Virus record (IMG/VR): IMGVR_UViG_3300009529_000008
Source: an uncultured virus (IMG/VR IMGVR_UViG_3300009529_000008)
Taxonomy: Duplodnaviria; Heunggongvirae; Uroviricota; Caudoviricetes
Direction: 5' to 3' (one strand)
DNA length: 64,000 nt
In this document: positions 19,806 to 29,418 of the stretch, in pieces
How the letters are laid out: the number at the start of each line of letters is the position of its first letter
How positions within the stretch are numbered: position 1 is the first letter of the stretch
The notes under the pieces: generated by a model
What the model saw: only the letters and a program-made list of their open reading frames with translations
The model's database searches: none
Told to the model about the DNA's origin: nothing
Made by a program: the position numbers and the translations under genes

Positions 19806-20336
19806 ATGCCATATAGAAAGTTTTTTGAAGGGGGCAGTGAATATGAAAGTTTAGATGAATTAGCAATACTATTAACAAACCCGAACATAAGAATTTTATG
19901 GAAACATGCTGAGACATTAATGTTTAAGCAAAAGGACAAAGGTATTTACGGAAAAACAATATTTTATATTTTTTACCAGGATATAAGAGAAGAGTTAAAA
20001 CAAGAACAGAGTGATTTCAAAGGGAAGTTAGAGATAGCAAAGCAGGTGAGTATAGATGAGAGATATGTAGGTTGTGAAGAGAGAAATATCAAATCACTTA
20101 AAAACCAAAGACAGCGAGAACTGTTTTTACTTTCTGAATATTTCTTATCGAAAACAGAAGCTCAGGATGTAATGGAATTATTGAAACCAGAAATGGCTAA
20201 GATTATTAGGGAAAGCGAAGAGGAAGATGTAGAAGAAGATGTAAAAGGTGTTATACTCGTAGAAAACCCCAAGAAAATAAATGAAGAAGAGATAGATAAA
20301 GAAATGAAAGAAATTGAGAAGGAGTTAGATGAATAA
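19806..20336 (+). CDS. Helical protein, possible GINS A-domain-like
   Basis: FY.DIRE.L...NIK.L...R.RELF.L....LS..E pattern; replication context. Confidence 0.35.
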   Translation: MPYRKFFEGGSEYESLDELAILLTNPNIRILWKHAETLMFKQKDKGIYGKTIFYIFYQDIREELKQEQSDFKGKLEIAKQVSIDERYVGCEERNIKSLKNQRQRELFLLSEYFLSKTEAQDVMELLKPEMAKIIRESEEEDVEEDVKGVILVENPKKINEEEIDKEMKEIEKELDE

Positions 20337-20339
20337 AAA

Positions 20340-20618
20340 ATGAGTGAAAATAACCTTAAAACAGCGATGGAAATATTCAGTAAAGTATCAACAACTAAGG
20401 AAGAGGCATTTCTAAAAGGTTATCTTATGGGTTTAGATATTACGGGTTATGAACCGAATTGGATGTTGTTAAAAAACCATCCAGAACTAAAAATTGTTTT
20501 TGATACTGAAAAGGATATTGCTGAAGTACATAGAACTGTGAGAAATAAATTCATTGAAGAAGCAAAAGCTATGTTAATTGAAGTATATCAGAAGGAAAAT
20601 AGAAAAATACCAGAGTAG
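20340..20618 (+). CDS. Hypothetical protein
   Basis: Coupled ORF. Confidence 0.55.
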   Translation: MSENNLKTAMEIFSKVSTTKEEAFLKGYLMGLDITGYEPNWMLLKNHPELKIVFDTEKDIAEVHRTVRNKFIEEAKAMLIEVYQKENRKIPE

Positions 20619-20638
20619 TTAAAAGGAGAAATAGAAAA

Positions 20639-21160
20639 ATGAGTGAATTTTTAGTCAAGTGTATCGAGAATAAGACAAACTATTGGGTTGATATAAGTAA
20701 TGGACAGAAATTTGAGAAATGTAATGTACCCTATAATTTGGCTCAACATGGGTTGTGTAAAACATTAGATAGAAAGGTTTTAAAGAAAATCACAAATGAT
20801 GGTTTTGAACCTTTGGTGTTTATGTCCATAGAAAAAACAAATCCAAAATTGCCAAAGAAAGGAATATCATTCCCATATAAAACCGAAGATAAAGTAAAAG
20901 CTATGTGGTCTTTTATGCCTTACGAAATAATGGAGGCTATTGGAGGCTTAGAGGAAGATATGAATGACCGAGAATTAGCTATAATGCTGTTTGCACCACG
21001 AGACGTAGTTGAGAAGTTAAGGTATAAATTGGAAGGTGGATATATAGAAAAAATAATGAAAGAAATAGGAGGTGATGTGGAAAATGACAAACGAAGAGAT
21101 AAGGGTGTTGCCGTCCGAAGGATTGCTCACGTTAAAGGAACTCGCCAGATTTCTTGGTGA
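20639..21160 (+). CDS. Hypothetical protein, possible GINS B-domain-like N-terminus
   Basis: LVKCIE...NVPYNLA..G; AGGAG SD. Confidence 0.35.
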   Translation: MSEFLVKCIENKTNYWVDISNGQKFEKCNVPYNLAQHGLCKTLDRKVLKKITNDGFEPLVFMSIEKTNPKLPKKGISFPYKTEDKVKAMWSFMPYEIMEAIGGLEEDMNDRELAIMLFAPRDVVEKLRYKLEGGYIEKIMKEIGGDVENDKRRDKGVAVRRIAHVKGTRQISW

Positions 21161-21299
21161 AAATGAAGTTGTTATCAGAGGGTATGTAAAGAAAGCCGAG
21201 ATACCAATGTTCAAATACAAACAAGGACATTTTTTGATCTCTCTTAAGGCTGTGGCAACCTATCTTGAAACACCAAAAAAAGATACTGAAAACTTATAG
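21084..21299 (+). CDS. Excisionase/MerR-type HTH DNA-binding protein
   Basis: LLTLKELARFLG.....IR.YVK...IP; GGAGGTGA SD. Confidence 0.7.
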   Translation: MTNEEIRVLPSEGLLTLKELARFLGENEVVIRGYVKKAEIPMFKYKQGHFLISLKAVATYLETPKKDTENL

Positions 21300-21412
21300 A
21301 AACAGACAGCAACTTATCAAAACCATTCTATTTTTTGTAATGTAGAGAAGGTATGGTGTAGCATAGGAGAAAGAAAAAATGACTAAAAACATAGATAGAG
21401 AAATTTCTAAAA

Positions 21413-23146
21413 TTGAGAGAGTTGGATTTTAAAATGTGGAATTTATACAAAAACAATGAACTAATTAGTCCACTTTTGTACAGTAATGGGTTGGGACAAG
21501 ACACAGTTACCGAAGAGATAATAGAAGCTTTTGAATCTTATAAAACAGTTTTTTTCAAAGCTTGTGTAGGCAGCGGAAAGTCGGTTGTGGCTCTAAATGT
21601 AGCTAATGAGTTGAATGGAGGTTTAATTATCGTTCCAACGAAACTTCTTCAGCAACAATATGTCCGAGATTATTGTGAAAATAACTATAAAATCCTAAAA
21701 AAGAACGGTGATTGGTTACGAATTAGTCTAATAAAAGGTAGAAACAACTTTGATTGCTTATATGACCCTTATGTTAAATGCAATTATAAAAAATTACCCT
21801 GCGTAAAAGCATTGCCAAAGAAAGATGGGAAACCAATTTCACGGTTAGAAATAGCAAGTGAATGTGAGTTTTTTAGTCCAGTAATACGTTCAGGTTTGGA
21901 AGCGTTATATTCTAAGGAATTAGACTGTCAATTTGAACCAATACGATATAAAGGTGTAGGCGGTGAGTTCGCAATTTTAAGAAGAAGTGAAGAAGTTTGT
22001 CCTTATTATCAGCAGTATCGAGATTATGAATCCAGTGATATTATCATAATGAATGATTCAATTTGGAAACTTGAAACTCTATCACTTAAAAGAAAGCCTG
22101 TAAAGCCTGTTGAGATAATAGACGAAGGTGATATGTTTCTAGATAGCCTTTCATTGAAAAAGTCAATAAATTATAAAATGCTTGATAGTATTGAAAATAA
22201 ACTAATTGAGGATGCAACTACCGAAAAAGAACAATTAGAAATGTTTACAGGCATTAAAAATATGTTTATTGATATTACAAAAACGAACTATGAAGGTAAT
22301 ATTGGCAAAGATGAAAAAGTATTTTTAAGTAATTTTGTGAAGTTTTTAACGAATATAGGAGATAAAAACACTGGTAAATATTCGGATATTTTGGAATTTA
22401 TAAATGAATGTTATGTATCGGTTAAGGATAGACAGATTGAGTATTTCATACCAGAACCTAAAATAGTTGTCAAAAAGTTACTAAATTTAAGTGCCGATAA
22501 GATGTTGCTTATGTCAGCTACGTTTCAGTCAGAGAAAATTTTAGAAGAGATATTTGGCTTTGATAACTTTTGCTTTATTGAAGGAGAGCCAAAGTTTCCG
22601 GGTATTGTTTATCCTAAAAAATTAGGAACTGAAAATAGAGTTACGTATAAGACGTGGAAACATGAAGAGTTTAAGAGGCAATATTGGAGAAATTTAGTTA
22701 ATGCAATTAAACAGTCTGCAAAACCATGTATGATACCCGTTCATGCTTTTAAGTATTTACCTGAAGGTATTCGTGAAAAATTGAAAGGTCAGGGAACATT
22801 GAGAACAAAAAATGGAGACATTACATTCTCAACAGTGATGAAAAGGGGTGTGGACTTAAAAGATGATGAATGTAGAAGTATTGTTATGCTTAAATTTCCT
22901 TTCCCAGATATAAATGACGCTACATTGAAAGCAATGAAACTAAAACTTGGTGATAATGCGTTTTGGATGTATTATCGAGATATAGCAAAAAGGGAGTTTA
23001 TACAAACTATTGGTAGAGGTGTAAGACATAAAGATGACTGGTGCGAGATTTGGTCGCCAGATAAAACTGTATTCGGCTTTTTAGAGGAGTTGTGGGAAGG
23101 AGAGATAGATTGGGATGGTAGAAAACAAATAAAAATAGAGATATGA
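21413..23146 (+). CDS. DinG/XPD (Rad3)-like SF2 helicase with Fe-S cysteines
   Basis: GSGKS, PTK.LQ.QY, KGR.NF.C, CPY, IIDEGD, MSAT, GVDL..D.CR...KFPFP, Q..GR.VRH.DDW. Confidence 0.92.
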   Translation: MRELDFKMWNLYKNNELISPLLYSNGLGQDTVTEEIIEAFESYKTVFFKACVGSGKSVVALNVANELNGGLIIVPTKLLQQQYVRDYCENNYKILKKNGDWLRISLIKGRNNFDCLYDPYVKCNYKKLPCVKALPKKDGKPISRLEIASECEFFSPVIRSGLEALYSKELDCQFEPIRYKGVGGEFAILRRSEEVCPYYQQYRDYESSDIIIMNDSIWKLETLSLKRKPVKPVEIIDEGDMFLDSLSLKKSINYKMLDSIENKLIEDATTEKEQLEMFTGIKNMFIDITKTNYEGNIGKDEKVFLSNFVKFLTNIGDKNTGKYSDILEFINECYVSVKDRQIEYFIPEPKIVVKKLLNLSADKMLLMSATFQSEKILEEIFGFDNFCFIEGEPKFPGIVYPKKLGTENRVTYKTWKHEEFKRQYWRNLVNAIKQSAKPCMIPVHAFKYLPEGIREKLKGQGTLRTKNGDITFSTVMKRGVDLKDDECRSIVMLKFPFPDINDATLKAMKLKLGDNAFWMYYRDIAKREFIQTIGRGVRHKDDWCEIWSPDKTVFGFLEELWEGEIDWDGRKQIKIEI

Positions 23147-23517
23147 AAAAAATGAAAACAAAAGTAGAATTGGAATTAGATAAAGCATACGAAAGTATTG
23201 GAGTGAAACCACGAATATACCATTTTGTATACCATTTTATTGATGTGTATCCATTTCGTGCTGTAACCGTAGCTACGGATAACCCTGAGTACACGTGGAA
23301 CGACATAAAGGAGTTTATAGAAGATGATATATGGGAAAGTAGGATAGTTAGTGAATATAATCGTGCAACGCATCTTTTACGTAAGTTAGAGGTTAGTTAT
23401 AATTTTCACGGTGTTGCTATCTGCGATAGACGTGACCAGTTTAATAGACAGAGAGGACGAGTAATAGCTAAAGGTAGATTGTTAAAATATTTGAGAAACG
23501 AGAAATTTGAAAAATGA
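23143..23517 (+). CDS. Hypothetical viral protein
   Basis: GVAIC...DQFNR..GR.IA.GR motif typical of small phage proteins. Confidence 0.6.
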   Translation: MKKMKTKVELELDKAYESIGVKPRIYHFVYHFIDVYPFRAVTVATDNPEYTWNDIKEFIEDDIWESRIVSEYNRATHLLRKLEVSYNFHGVAICDRRDQFNRQRGRVIAKGRLLKYLRNEKFEK

Positions 23518-23659
23518 GTAAGACAGAAAAACCAGTAATAGATATAGAAAAAGCGTTACACGAAAAAGAGACTATGCAGAAACATTTTGTCAGAGAACAT
23601 GGATGTGAATCTTCAGTTCTTATTCTTTTAATTGAACATTTTAAGGAAAAATTAGAAAA

Positions 23660-24025
23660 ATGAGTTTAATTCTAACTAAATTACGTACTAACCAAATTAC
23701 AAAATTAGCCAGTAAAGGGTTTTCAAAGATTAGAATAGCAGAACAATTAGAAATTGACGTTAATTCCGTAACATATTGGTATAGAAAACTAAATATAGAA
23801 CCTGAAGAAAAAGATAAAAGTGAGATAATTAAAATGAATAAAAATAATGGTATTAAAAAAGTGTGTAGAATAACAATATATAGAAAAGAAGATGATTCGG
23901 TGGTATATGAAAATGTTTATATCAAAATAAAACCAGATGCAATTGATATTTCGGATAGAGAAGATTTTATGTTTATATATTACTTTCTTCTCAGTGAGAT
24001 TAAGAAGTTTGAGATTGAAGAATAG
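23660..24025 (+). CDS. HTH-domain protein
   Basis: KGFSKIRIAEQLEID..SV..W. Confidence 0.6.
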   Translation: MSLILTKLRTNQITKLASKGFSKIRIAEQLEIDVNSVTYWYRKLNIEPEEKDKSEIIKMNKNNGIKKVCRITIYRKEDDSVVYENVYIKIKPDAIDISDREDFMFIYYFLLSEIKKFEIEE

Positions 24026-24387
24026 ATATGTTATTAATATGTTTATATAATTTATATAAACATATAAACTTTTTATTATTTCAAAAGTTTATATACTACT
24101 TTTTTAAAAAACTAAAACTTTATATTAAAGTAGGTGTTTTTCATTAAACTTTTAATGAAAAGAAGAATTTCCTGTCAGTTAGAAGCAGAATAGAAAAATT
24201 TAAGCCAGTAGAAAAAAAGTTTATATGTTTATATGTACCATTGGTACTACGTAGTAGTATTAATAAAGTTAATATATTTTTCATTTTATATAAGAAATGA
24301 CTTTTTATATAAGATATATAAACTGTAAGAATTTATATACTATTATAAATTCAAAGGTTTTTATATAATGAAGATAATATATTAATT
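24026..24387. other. AT-rich non-coding region, candidate replication origin or promoter cluster
   Basis: About 360 nt without an ORF; many TTTATAT/ATATAAA copies on both strands; palindrome TACTACGTAGTA at 24245-24256. Confidence 0.45.
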
Positions 24388-24963
24388 ATGTTATACACAG
24401 AAAGTTTGGATGGAATATTAAGTAAGAATTGGAAGAAAGTAAAAGAAGAAAATAAGAAGAGAACAACAATTCAGTTACCACAGTGGTTGAGAATATCTCT
24501 TTCTGAGTTGAGAGAGATATATAATTTAAGTTGGTCGGAACTGACTAATAGAATGATTCAACACGGATTCAGTATAATTGAAAACGGTTATAGGGAAGAG
24601 ATAAGAGACATAGGAAAATATCGTAAAACATTAAGGTTTGCTAAGTTAGAATTAATAAGGAATTTCTTTACGGATTTTTCTGTAAATGTAAATGGGTTGG
24701 ATAAGTCGAAGAACAAACCCATTGCTTTGGATAAGAATATCTATTCGGGAATAGTTGAGACGGGGGAAAAGTTAGGTATAGATGTATCTTCTATGGTACG
24801 GCTTTGTTTTTATTATAGCATTATAAGAACTGGAAATATACCAATAGAAATAACTAATTATGCTCTTACTGAAACAGAGAAATTTGAAAGGAAACTTAAG
24901 GAGAGAAAGGCTGTGATGGAGAAGTTAATTGAAGTTAATGAAAATTGGGGTGAGAAGAATTAA
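24388..24963 (+). CDS. Protein with two ribbon-helix-helix-like motifs
   Basis: RTTIQLP..L...L..L.....S.SEL and KPIALD...Y..I......G...S.MVR. Confidence 0.55.
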   Translation: MLYTESLDGILSKNWKKVKEENKKRTTIQLPQWLRISLSELREIYNLSWSELTNRMIQHGFSIIENGYREEIRDIGKYRKTLRFAKLELIRNFFTDFSVNVNGLDKSKNKPIALDKNIYSGIVETGEKLGIDVSSMVRLCFYYSIIRTGNIPIEITNYALTETEKFERKLKERKAVMEKLIEVNENWGEKN

Positions 24964-25120
24964 AAATGATTGAAAAAGAAGAAATTTGTATAAGCGATAC
25001 GAAGACCATAGCAGACATTAGAGAAATACAGAAATATATCAAAAAGAAAGGAGAACAAGTAACAGAAGTTGAGGTAGTGTAAGCGTGCATAAATTTAGTA
25101 AAGAGATTGGGTGCTAATAA

Positions 25121-25160
25121 CTGGAGTATATATCTGGAAGCTGGAGTATATATCTGGAAG
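25121..25160 (+). repeat. Perfect tandem duplication, 2 x 20 bp
   Basis: CTGGAGTATATATCTGGAAG twice. Confidence 0.95.
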
Positions 25161-25200
25161 TAAAGCATGTCTATGATAAATGCTTTAAGGAGGTGAAATA

Positions 25201-25578
25201 ATGAATGCAACGTTAAAGTTACCTATACTAAGTGAAGAACAACTAAAATACATACAAAAAGCAAGGAATGAATTAACCAAAGCAGGTGTAACTTTTGATT
25301 CGGGATATGATTTAAGAAAAGACATATTTGATTGGGAATTGGATTGGTCACTTGAGAATGCAAAGCTTCTGGAAAACAAAGTATTACAGTTCAATGTATA
25401 TACAATCAAAAAAGCAAAACACATTATGAATGCCGAAGATGAACTAAGACAAGCAGAAATATTTTTTAATAGTAGACTTGATAATGAGGATAGAATTGTG
25501 TGGGAATTGGACAAGTTACAAGGTGCTAAATTGGTAGTTAGAAATGATTATAAAGACCTTATCAAAGAGGTGAAGTAG
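25201..25578 (+). CDS. Hypothetical protein with an internal duplication
   Basis: I..A..EL..A...F.S......WELD....AKL present twice; GGAGGTGA SD. Confidence 0.7.
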   Translation: MNATLKLPILSEEQLKYIQKARNELTKAGVTFDSGYDLRKDIFDWELDWSLENAKLLENKVLQFNVYTIKKAKHIMNAEDELRQAEIFFNSRLDNEDRIVWELDKLQGAKLVVRNDYKDLIKEVK

Positions 25579-25590
25579 TTTGTTTTGATT

Positions 25591-25866
25591 ATGAAGAAAG
25601 AACCATCCAAATCTCAAAAGAAACAATTTACGAAAGGATTTTTCTGGGGTCGGGTTGAGCATCGCTTAGAAGGCTATACAACCTTTTTATTACTAATTGG
25701 AGTAATGCTTCAGATTGCTGGATTACTCACAAGAAAATGGTCGTGGTTATTGGTTGCATTTGTTTTATTTATCTTGGCTTTATTTTTCAGGATTGGAGCA
25801 GGTATCGCTCACAGAGTTGAGAAGCACTATATGAATGAGCTAAGATTTGGGAAGTGGAAAAAATAA
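25591..25866 (+). CDS. Small membrane protein (2 TM)
   Basis: Two hydrophobic helices flanked by HR(L/V)E repeats. Confidence 0.55.
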   Translation: MKKEPSKSQKKQFTKGFFWGRVEHRLEGYTTFLLLIGVMLQIAGLLTRKWSWLLVAFVLFILALFFRIGAGIAHRVEKHYMNELRFGKWKK

Positions 25867-26031
25867 TGAAATAAGTTTTGTGTCAGTCCTTTTTGTGTAT
25901 AAATCTAAAATATTAAATTAGGGTGATGTAAAATGGAAGAAAAAACAGAAGAAAAGAAAGAAGAAGAACCGAAAAAGAAGAAGGGTAGATTGTTTGGTGA
26001 CCCGTTGGTGGAGTTAGAAGAATAGGCGAAA

Positions 26032-26679
26032 ATGGATAAATATGCAGATAGTCTGCCGATAAATGCTCGCATCACGGTAGACTATACCAAACCAAACAAT
26101 GATGTAAAGTTTGAGTACCCAGTTGAAAATAGAAATATAAGGAATTGGGTACTCTCTTTTATTTTTCCGGTTATCTTCTTAGCGTGGGTTTTTGTTGCAG
26201 GATTTAGTTTCATTGGGTATAACATCTTAGCAAATTTAGATAAGGTTTTTAATGTGGAACTGCCAGAAACAGCTTTTATTCTATCTGAATTATTAGTGGT
26301 GTTGGGTCAAATGTTCCTAATGCTTGGTGTTGTATTCCTTCCACCGCTTTTAATCAGTTTTTACATTGGTTACAACTACGACAAATTCAAATATATTTTC
26401 CCAAAGTTTAATGCATTTATGGCTCGTTTTTTTGGTTCTTCGCATTTTCATACATTTGTAGTGGACGAGTTGGAAGAGCCGGTGTTTGAAATACCTTTGT
26501 TTAAGAATGTTTTGCTAACTTACGAAGCGTCAGGGGACTTCTCTAAATATCTACAAAGGGTTGAGATACGAGAACATGATTTTTATTATAAATATGAGAA
26601 AACGCAGTGGTTGTGGAAAGCTAAATTTGTGTTTTCTGAAGTGCCTAAATCCGGGATGCTGATAGGAAAATTTCAGTGA
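26032..26679 (+). CDS. Membrane protein (2 TM plus soluble beta domain)
   Basis: Hydrophobicity pattern. Confidence 0.6.
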   Translation: MDKYADSLPINARITVDYTKPNNDVKFEYPVENRNIRNWVLSFIFPVIFLAWVFVAGFSFIGYNILANLDKVFNVELPETAFILSELLVVLGQMFLMLGVVFLPPLLISFYIGYNYDKFKYIFPKFNAFMARFFGSSHFHTFVVDELEEPVFEIPLFKNVLLTYEASGDFSKYLQRVEIREHDFYYKYEKTQWLWKAKFVFSEVPKSGMLIGKFQ

Positions 26680-26693
26680 GATAACTATGAAAA

Positions 26694-26715
26694 ATCGAAA
26701 GGTTTATATACCCCT
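26694..26715 (+). promoter_or_regulatory. BRE/TATA promoter, ATCGAAAG-N-TTTATATA class
   Basis: ATCGAAAGGTTTATATACCCCT; 21/22 match on the minus strand at 55196-55217. Confidence 0.75.
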
Positions 26716-26777
26716 TTGTATATTATAATAGTATAGTAAGTAAAAAATATTTGAAGGGGGAAATAAGGGGGATAAAA

Positions 26778-27050
26778 ATGGGTACAACAATGGGTAAAAA
26801 GGAATTTGAGAAATACGTAGGGACACAACCAAAACAAGTTCGATATTTTAATGGAAAACGTTATTTACGGGCAGTTTCGTCAAATAACAAAGCACATTTA
26901 AAGCAACTTGGAGAGAATAGAAAAAAAAGGTTATTAAAATCGAAGACACGGAGAAAAGAAGCGAGTTATCGTATAGTTCCAGCATCCAAAGAATATAGAT
27001 GGAAATATGTATTATACGAACGAAGCGATAGATGTATGGATTTAGGATAA
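26778..27050 (+). CDS. Small basic protein (F[DN]GK.Y family)
   Basis: YFNGKRY...YRIV...KYVLYER. Confidence 0.65.
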   Translation: MGTTMGKKEFEKYVGTQPKQVRYFNGKRYLRAVSSNNKAHLKQLGENRKKRLLKSKTRRKEASYRIVPASKEYRWKYVLYERSDRCMDLG

Positions 27051-27274
27051 AAAAAATGATAAAAAAGCGACCAGGTAGGAAACCAGTAAATCATAGTATA
27101 GACTATAAACGAGGTTACTCTGCGGGCTTTCGCAGAGCAGAACGTAAAGCTAAAGGACAGATACCAATAACTCGCAAAGTGAAGGACAAACTAAAAAGTG
27201 AGGATTATCAAGCGGGGATGACTGCGGGATTAAAAGCAGGAAGAAGGTTTTATGGAAATGGTAAAGGAAAATAG
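27032..27274 (+). CDS. Small basic protein with two DYxxG repeats
   Basis: DYKRGYSAGFRRA and DYQAGMTAGLKAG. Confidence 0.6.
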   Translation: MYGFRIKKMIKKRPGRKPVNHSIDYKRGYSAGFRRAERKAKGQIPITRKVKDKLKSEDYQAGMTAGLKAGRRFYGNGKGK

Positions 27275-27283
27275 GAGAGAAAG

Positions 27284-27550
27284 ATGAGAAAGAAAAGAAA
27301 AAAAGGGGGAAGACATCCCAAAGAAAAAGAGGATTATTTTGGAAGAGTATATCGCAAGTTTGATGGTAAACGCTTTGACAAAAAAGAAATGACACTTAGT
27401 TTGAAAGTGGCAAAAGAATTACAAGCAAAGTGGCAAAATAAGGGGTATTACGTTCGTATAGTTAGAAAGATACCAAGAAAAAGAAAGGATGGATATATTT
27501 CAATAGAAGCGGATTGTAGATATGTTATTTTTGTAAGGAAAAGGAAATAG
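27284..27550 (+). CDS. Small basic protein (F[DN]GK.Y family)
   Basis: KFDGKRF...AK......KGYYVRIV...YVIFVRK. Confidence 0.7.
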   Translation: MRKKRKKGGRHPKEKEDYFGRVYRKFDGKRFDKKEMTLSLKVAKELQAKWQNKGYYVRIVRKIPRKRKDGYISIEADCRYVIFVRKRK

Positions 27551-27562
27551 GAGGCGAAAACT

Positions 27563-27739
27563 ATGAGAAAAACACCAAGTAAGAAAATCTATTATAAGGC
27601 GAACAAAAAACCTGTGGGATTGGGCAGAGCAACAGAAATCAAGGAAAATCACAGAGATAGAGAAGTGCATATTGTGCGTATCAAGTCTGGACATTTCGGG
27701 AATGCCTACAATGTTTATATTCGTAGAAAAGGGAAATAG
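27563..27739 (+). CDS. Small basic protein (58 aa)
   Basis: GGAGG SD; MRKTPSKK...HIVRI...YNVYIRRKGK. Confidence 0.65.
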   Translation: MRKTPSKKIYYKANKKPVGLGRATEIKENHRDREVHIVRIKSGHFGNAYNVYIRRKGK

Positions 27740-27751
27740 GAGGTGATAAAC

Positions 27752-27895
27752 ATGCCAACGTATAAATTAAAATTTCGTGGAAGAAATCATGGATGGCACA
27801 AAGTTATAGCAAAAGATGCAGAAACGGCAAGAAAGAAATTTGTGAAAGGTACTACCGTTAATCCTTATGATGTATTGTTGAAAAAAGAGAAATAG
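27752..27895 (+). CDS. Small basic protein (47 aa)
   Basis: GGAGGTGA SD; MPTYKLKF...AKDAETARKKF. Confidence 0.65.
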   Translation: MPTYKLKFRGRNHGWHKVIAKDAETARKKFVKGTTVNPYDVLLKKEK

Positions 27896-27905
27896 GAGGT
27901 AAAAA

Positions 27906-28073
27906 ATGGTAAAAACAATATATATCGGGAAATCATACAAAAACGCTGTAATTACCAAGCGTAAACCAAAAAACAGTGTTAAAATTGGTGAAACAAAATC
28001 ATACAGGCGTTATGTGTTAGGGGCAAAAGAATATCTGGTCGCAAAACCAGGATTTAAATTGGTGAGAAACTAA
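27906..28073 (+). CDS. Small basic protein (55 aa)
   Basis: GGAGG SD; MVKTIYIGK... Confidence 0.6.
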   Translation: MVKTIYIGKSYKNAVITKRKPKNSVKIGETKSYRRYVLGAKEYLVAKPGFKLVRN

Positions 28074-28076
28074 AAA

Positions 28077-28289
28077 ATGGCAAAATCAATAAAGTTACCA
28101 AGAGAAAAATTTACAATACATTCAAATGGACATACTTACTACATAACACATCTTCTACCAACGAAAACACCGAGAACAAACAACTTATGGGTTGTAAATA
28201 GAGATAGTAAAGACGTCATAAAAGCTAAACTATTCAAAACGAAAGTGGATATGCTAAAGCACTATCCCAATTTAAGAGGAGCATTCTAA
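28077..28289 (+). CDS. Small basic protein
   Basis: Coupled ORF; LFKTK.D motif. Confidence 0.6.
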   Translation: MAKSIKLPREKFTIHSNGHTYYITHLLPTKTPRTNNLWVVNRDSKDVIKAKLFKTKVDMLKHYPNLRGAF

Positions 28290-28543
28290 TGCAACCAAAA
28301 AGAAATCCAAAATTATGGATACAAGAAGCAATACACAAAGGCAGAAAAGGAGCTTTGAGCAGACAACTTGATATACCAGAAAAGGATAATATTCCAGTTG
28401 CTTTGTTAAGAGTGATAAAATATGCAGATATAGGTGAGATGGTACATAATCCAACATCGAAAGGGAAAAAGTGGATAAAAGTTACGAGGTTATTGAAACG
28501 AAGGGCAGTAATGGCTATGACGTTGAAGGGGTTGAAGAAATAG
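28289..28543 (+). CDS. Small basic protein (WIQ.A....GAL...L..P...IP...RA..A.TL family)
   Basis: Motif recalled from small basic viral proteins; function unknown. Confidence 0.65.
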   Translation: MQPKRNPKLWIQEAIHKGRKGALSRQLDIPEKDNIPVALLRVIKYADIGEMVHNPTSKGKKWIKVTRLLKRRAVMAMTLKGLKK

Positions 28544-28555
28544 GATGTGAAATGT

Positions 28556-28720
28556 ATGACAGATCAAAAATGGAAAGCTAAGAGGTGGTTTGATACCGAT
28601 AAATGGATAGTGGTAAAAGGAAGTCTCAGATATAATAGGAAGAAAAAAGGAGAAAGAAGAGTGGTAATGTTTAAGACAAGGCAAGATGCTGTAAACTTCG
28701 CTAAAAACCTAAATAAATGA
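28556..28720 (+). CDS. Small basic protein (54 aa)
   Basis: MTDQKWK...MFKTRQDAVNFA. Confidence 0.6.
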   Translation: MTDQKWKAKRWFDTDKWIVVKGSLRYNRKKKGERRVVMFKTRQDAVNFAKNLNK

Positions 28721-28899
28721 AATGAAGATGCCCAATAATAAAAGACCAATTTGCACTGGAACATCACAACTATTTGATATTTCGATGAAATTGAAAAAGA
28801 AGTGGGATGCAGAAGGAATTGACATTGGTCAGAAAGCATCTGAACGGGAAGCAACATAAAGCGAGGTATGTGCAGATAAGAAATAGGAGGTAAAAAAAC

Positions 28900-29091
28900 A
28901 TGGTATTTGAAAAAAGACCAGAGCATTTTTATAAGTGGAATGCCCTAATTCCGTCAGGTAAATATTGGACGTTAGTTGCTTGTGGGAGAACAAAGGAGGA
29001 AGTGATTAGGAAAGTGAATAGCTATGTGGCAAAACATCCGAGAACAATAGTGCATATATTTGAGAACATGGGATTTGTTGGGAAGGGATGA
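28900..29091 (+). CDS. Small basic protein
   Basis: GGAGG SD; GRTKEEV. Confidence 0.6.
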   Translation: MVFEKRPEHFYKWNALIPSGKYWTLVACGRTKEEVIRKVNSYVAKHPRTIVHIFENMGFVGKG

Positions 29092-29094
29092 AAT

Positions 29095-29412
29095 ATGAAA
29101 ACCAAAAGAAAAATAAACGGGGAAATATGGTTGCAGTGTTTTGATTATCCACAGACAAAACGTAGTGCTGAAGAATATGCAAAGATGGCAAGACAGATAG
29201 GGATGCACATTCGAGTGATTAAGCGAAAAGAGGAATACTATCCTTTTATGCGTAAAAAGGATATTGGAAGTGCAATGAGGATGATGAAATACATAAAAAG
29301 AGAAGTAAAAAATAAAGGCAATCAACAGAGATGGGGAGAAAAATATACAAATCGTCACATAAAGACAGTTAAAGAGTTGAGAATAGCAAAGAGAAAATAT
29401 AAAAGAGGGTGA
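29095..29412 (+). CDS. Small basic protein (F[DN]GK.Y family)
   Basis: KINGEIW...TKRSAEEYAK.AR..G...RVI...Y..FMRK. Confidence 0.65.
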   Translation: MKTKRKINGEIWLQCFDYPQTKRSAEEYAKMARQIGMHIRVIKRKEEYYPFMRKKDIGSAMRMMKYIKREVKNKGNQQRWGEKYTNRHIKTVKELRIAKRKYKRG

Positions 29413-29418
29413 AAAAAC

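Noticed and set aside
28898..28920. Partial match to the IscB-1 guide (ACATGG..TTTGAAAAAAGA)
   Set aside because: Gapped, low-complexity and not followed by ATGA
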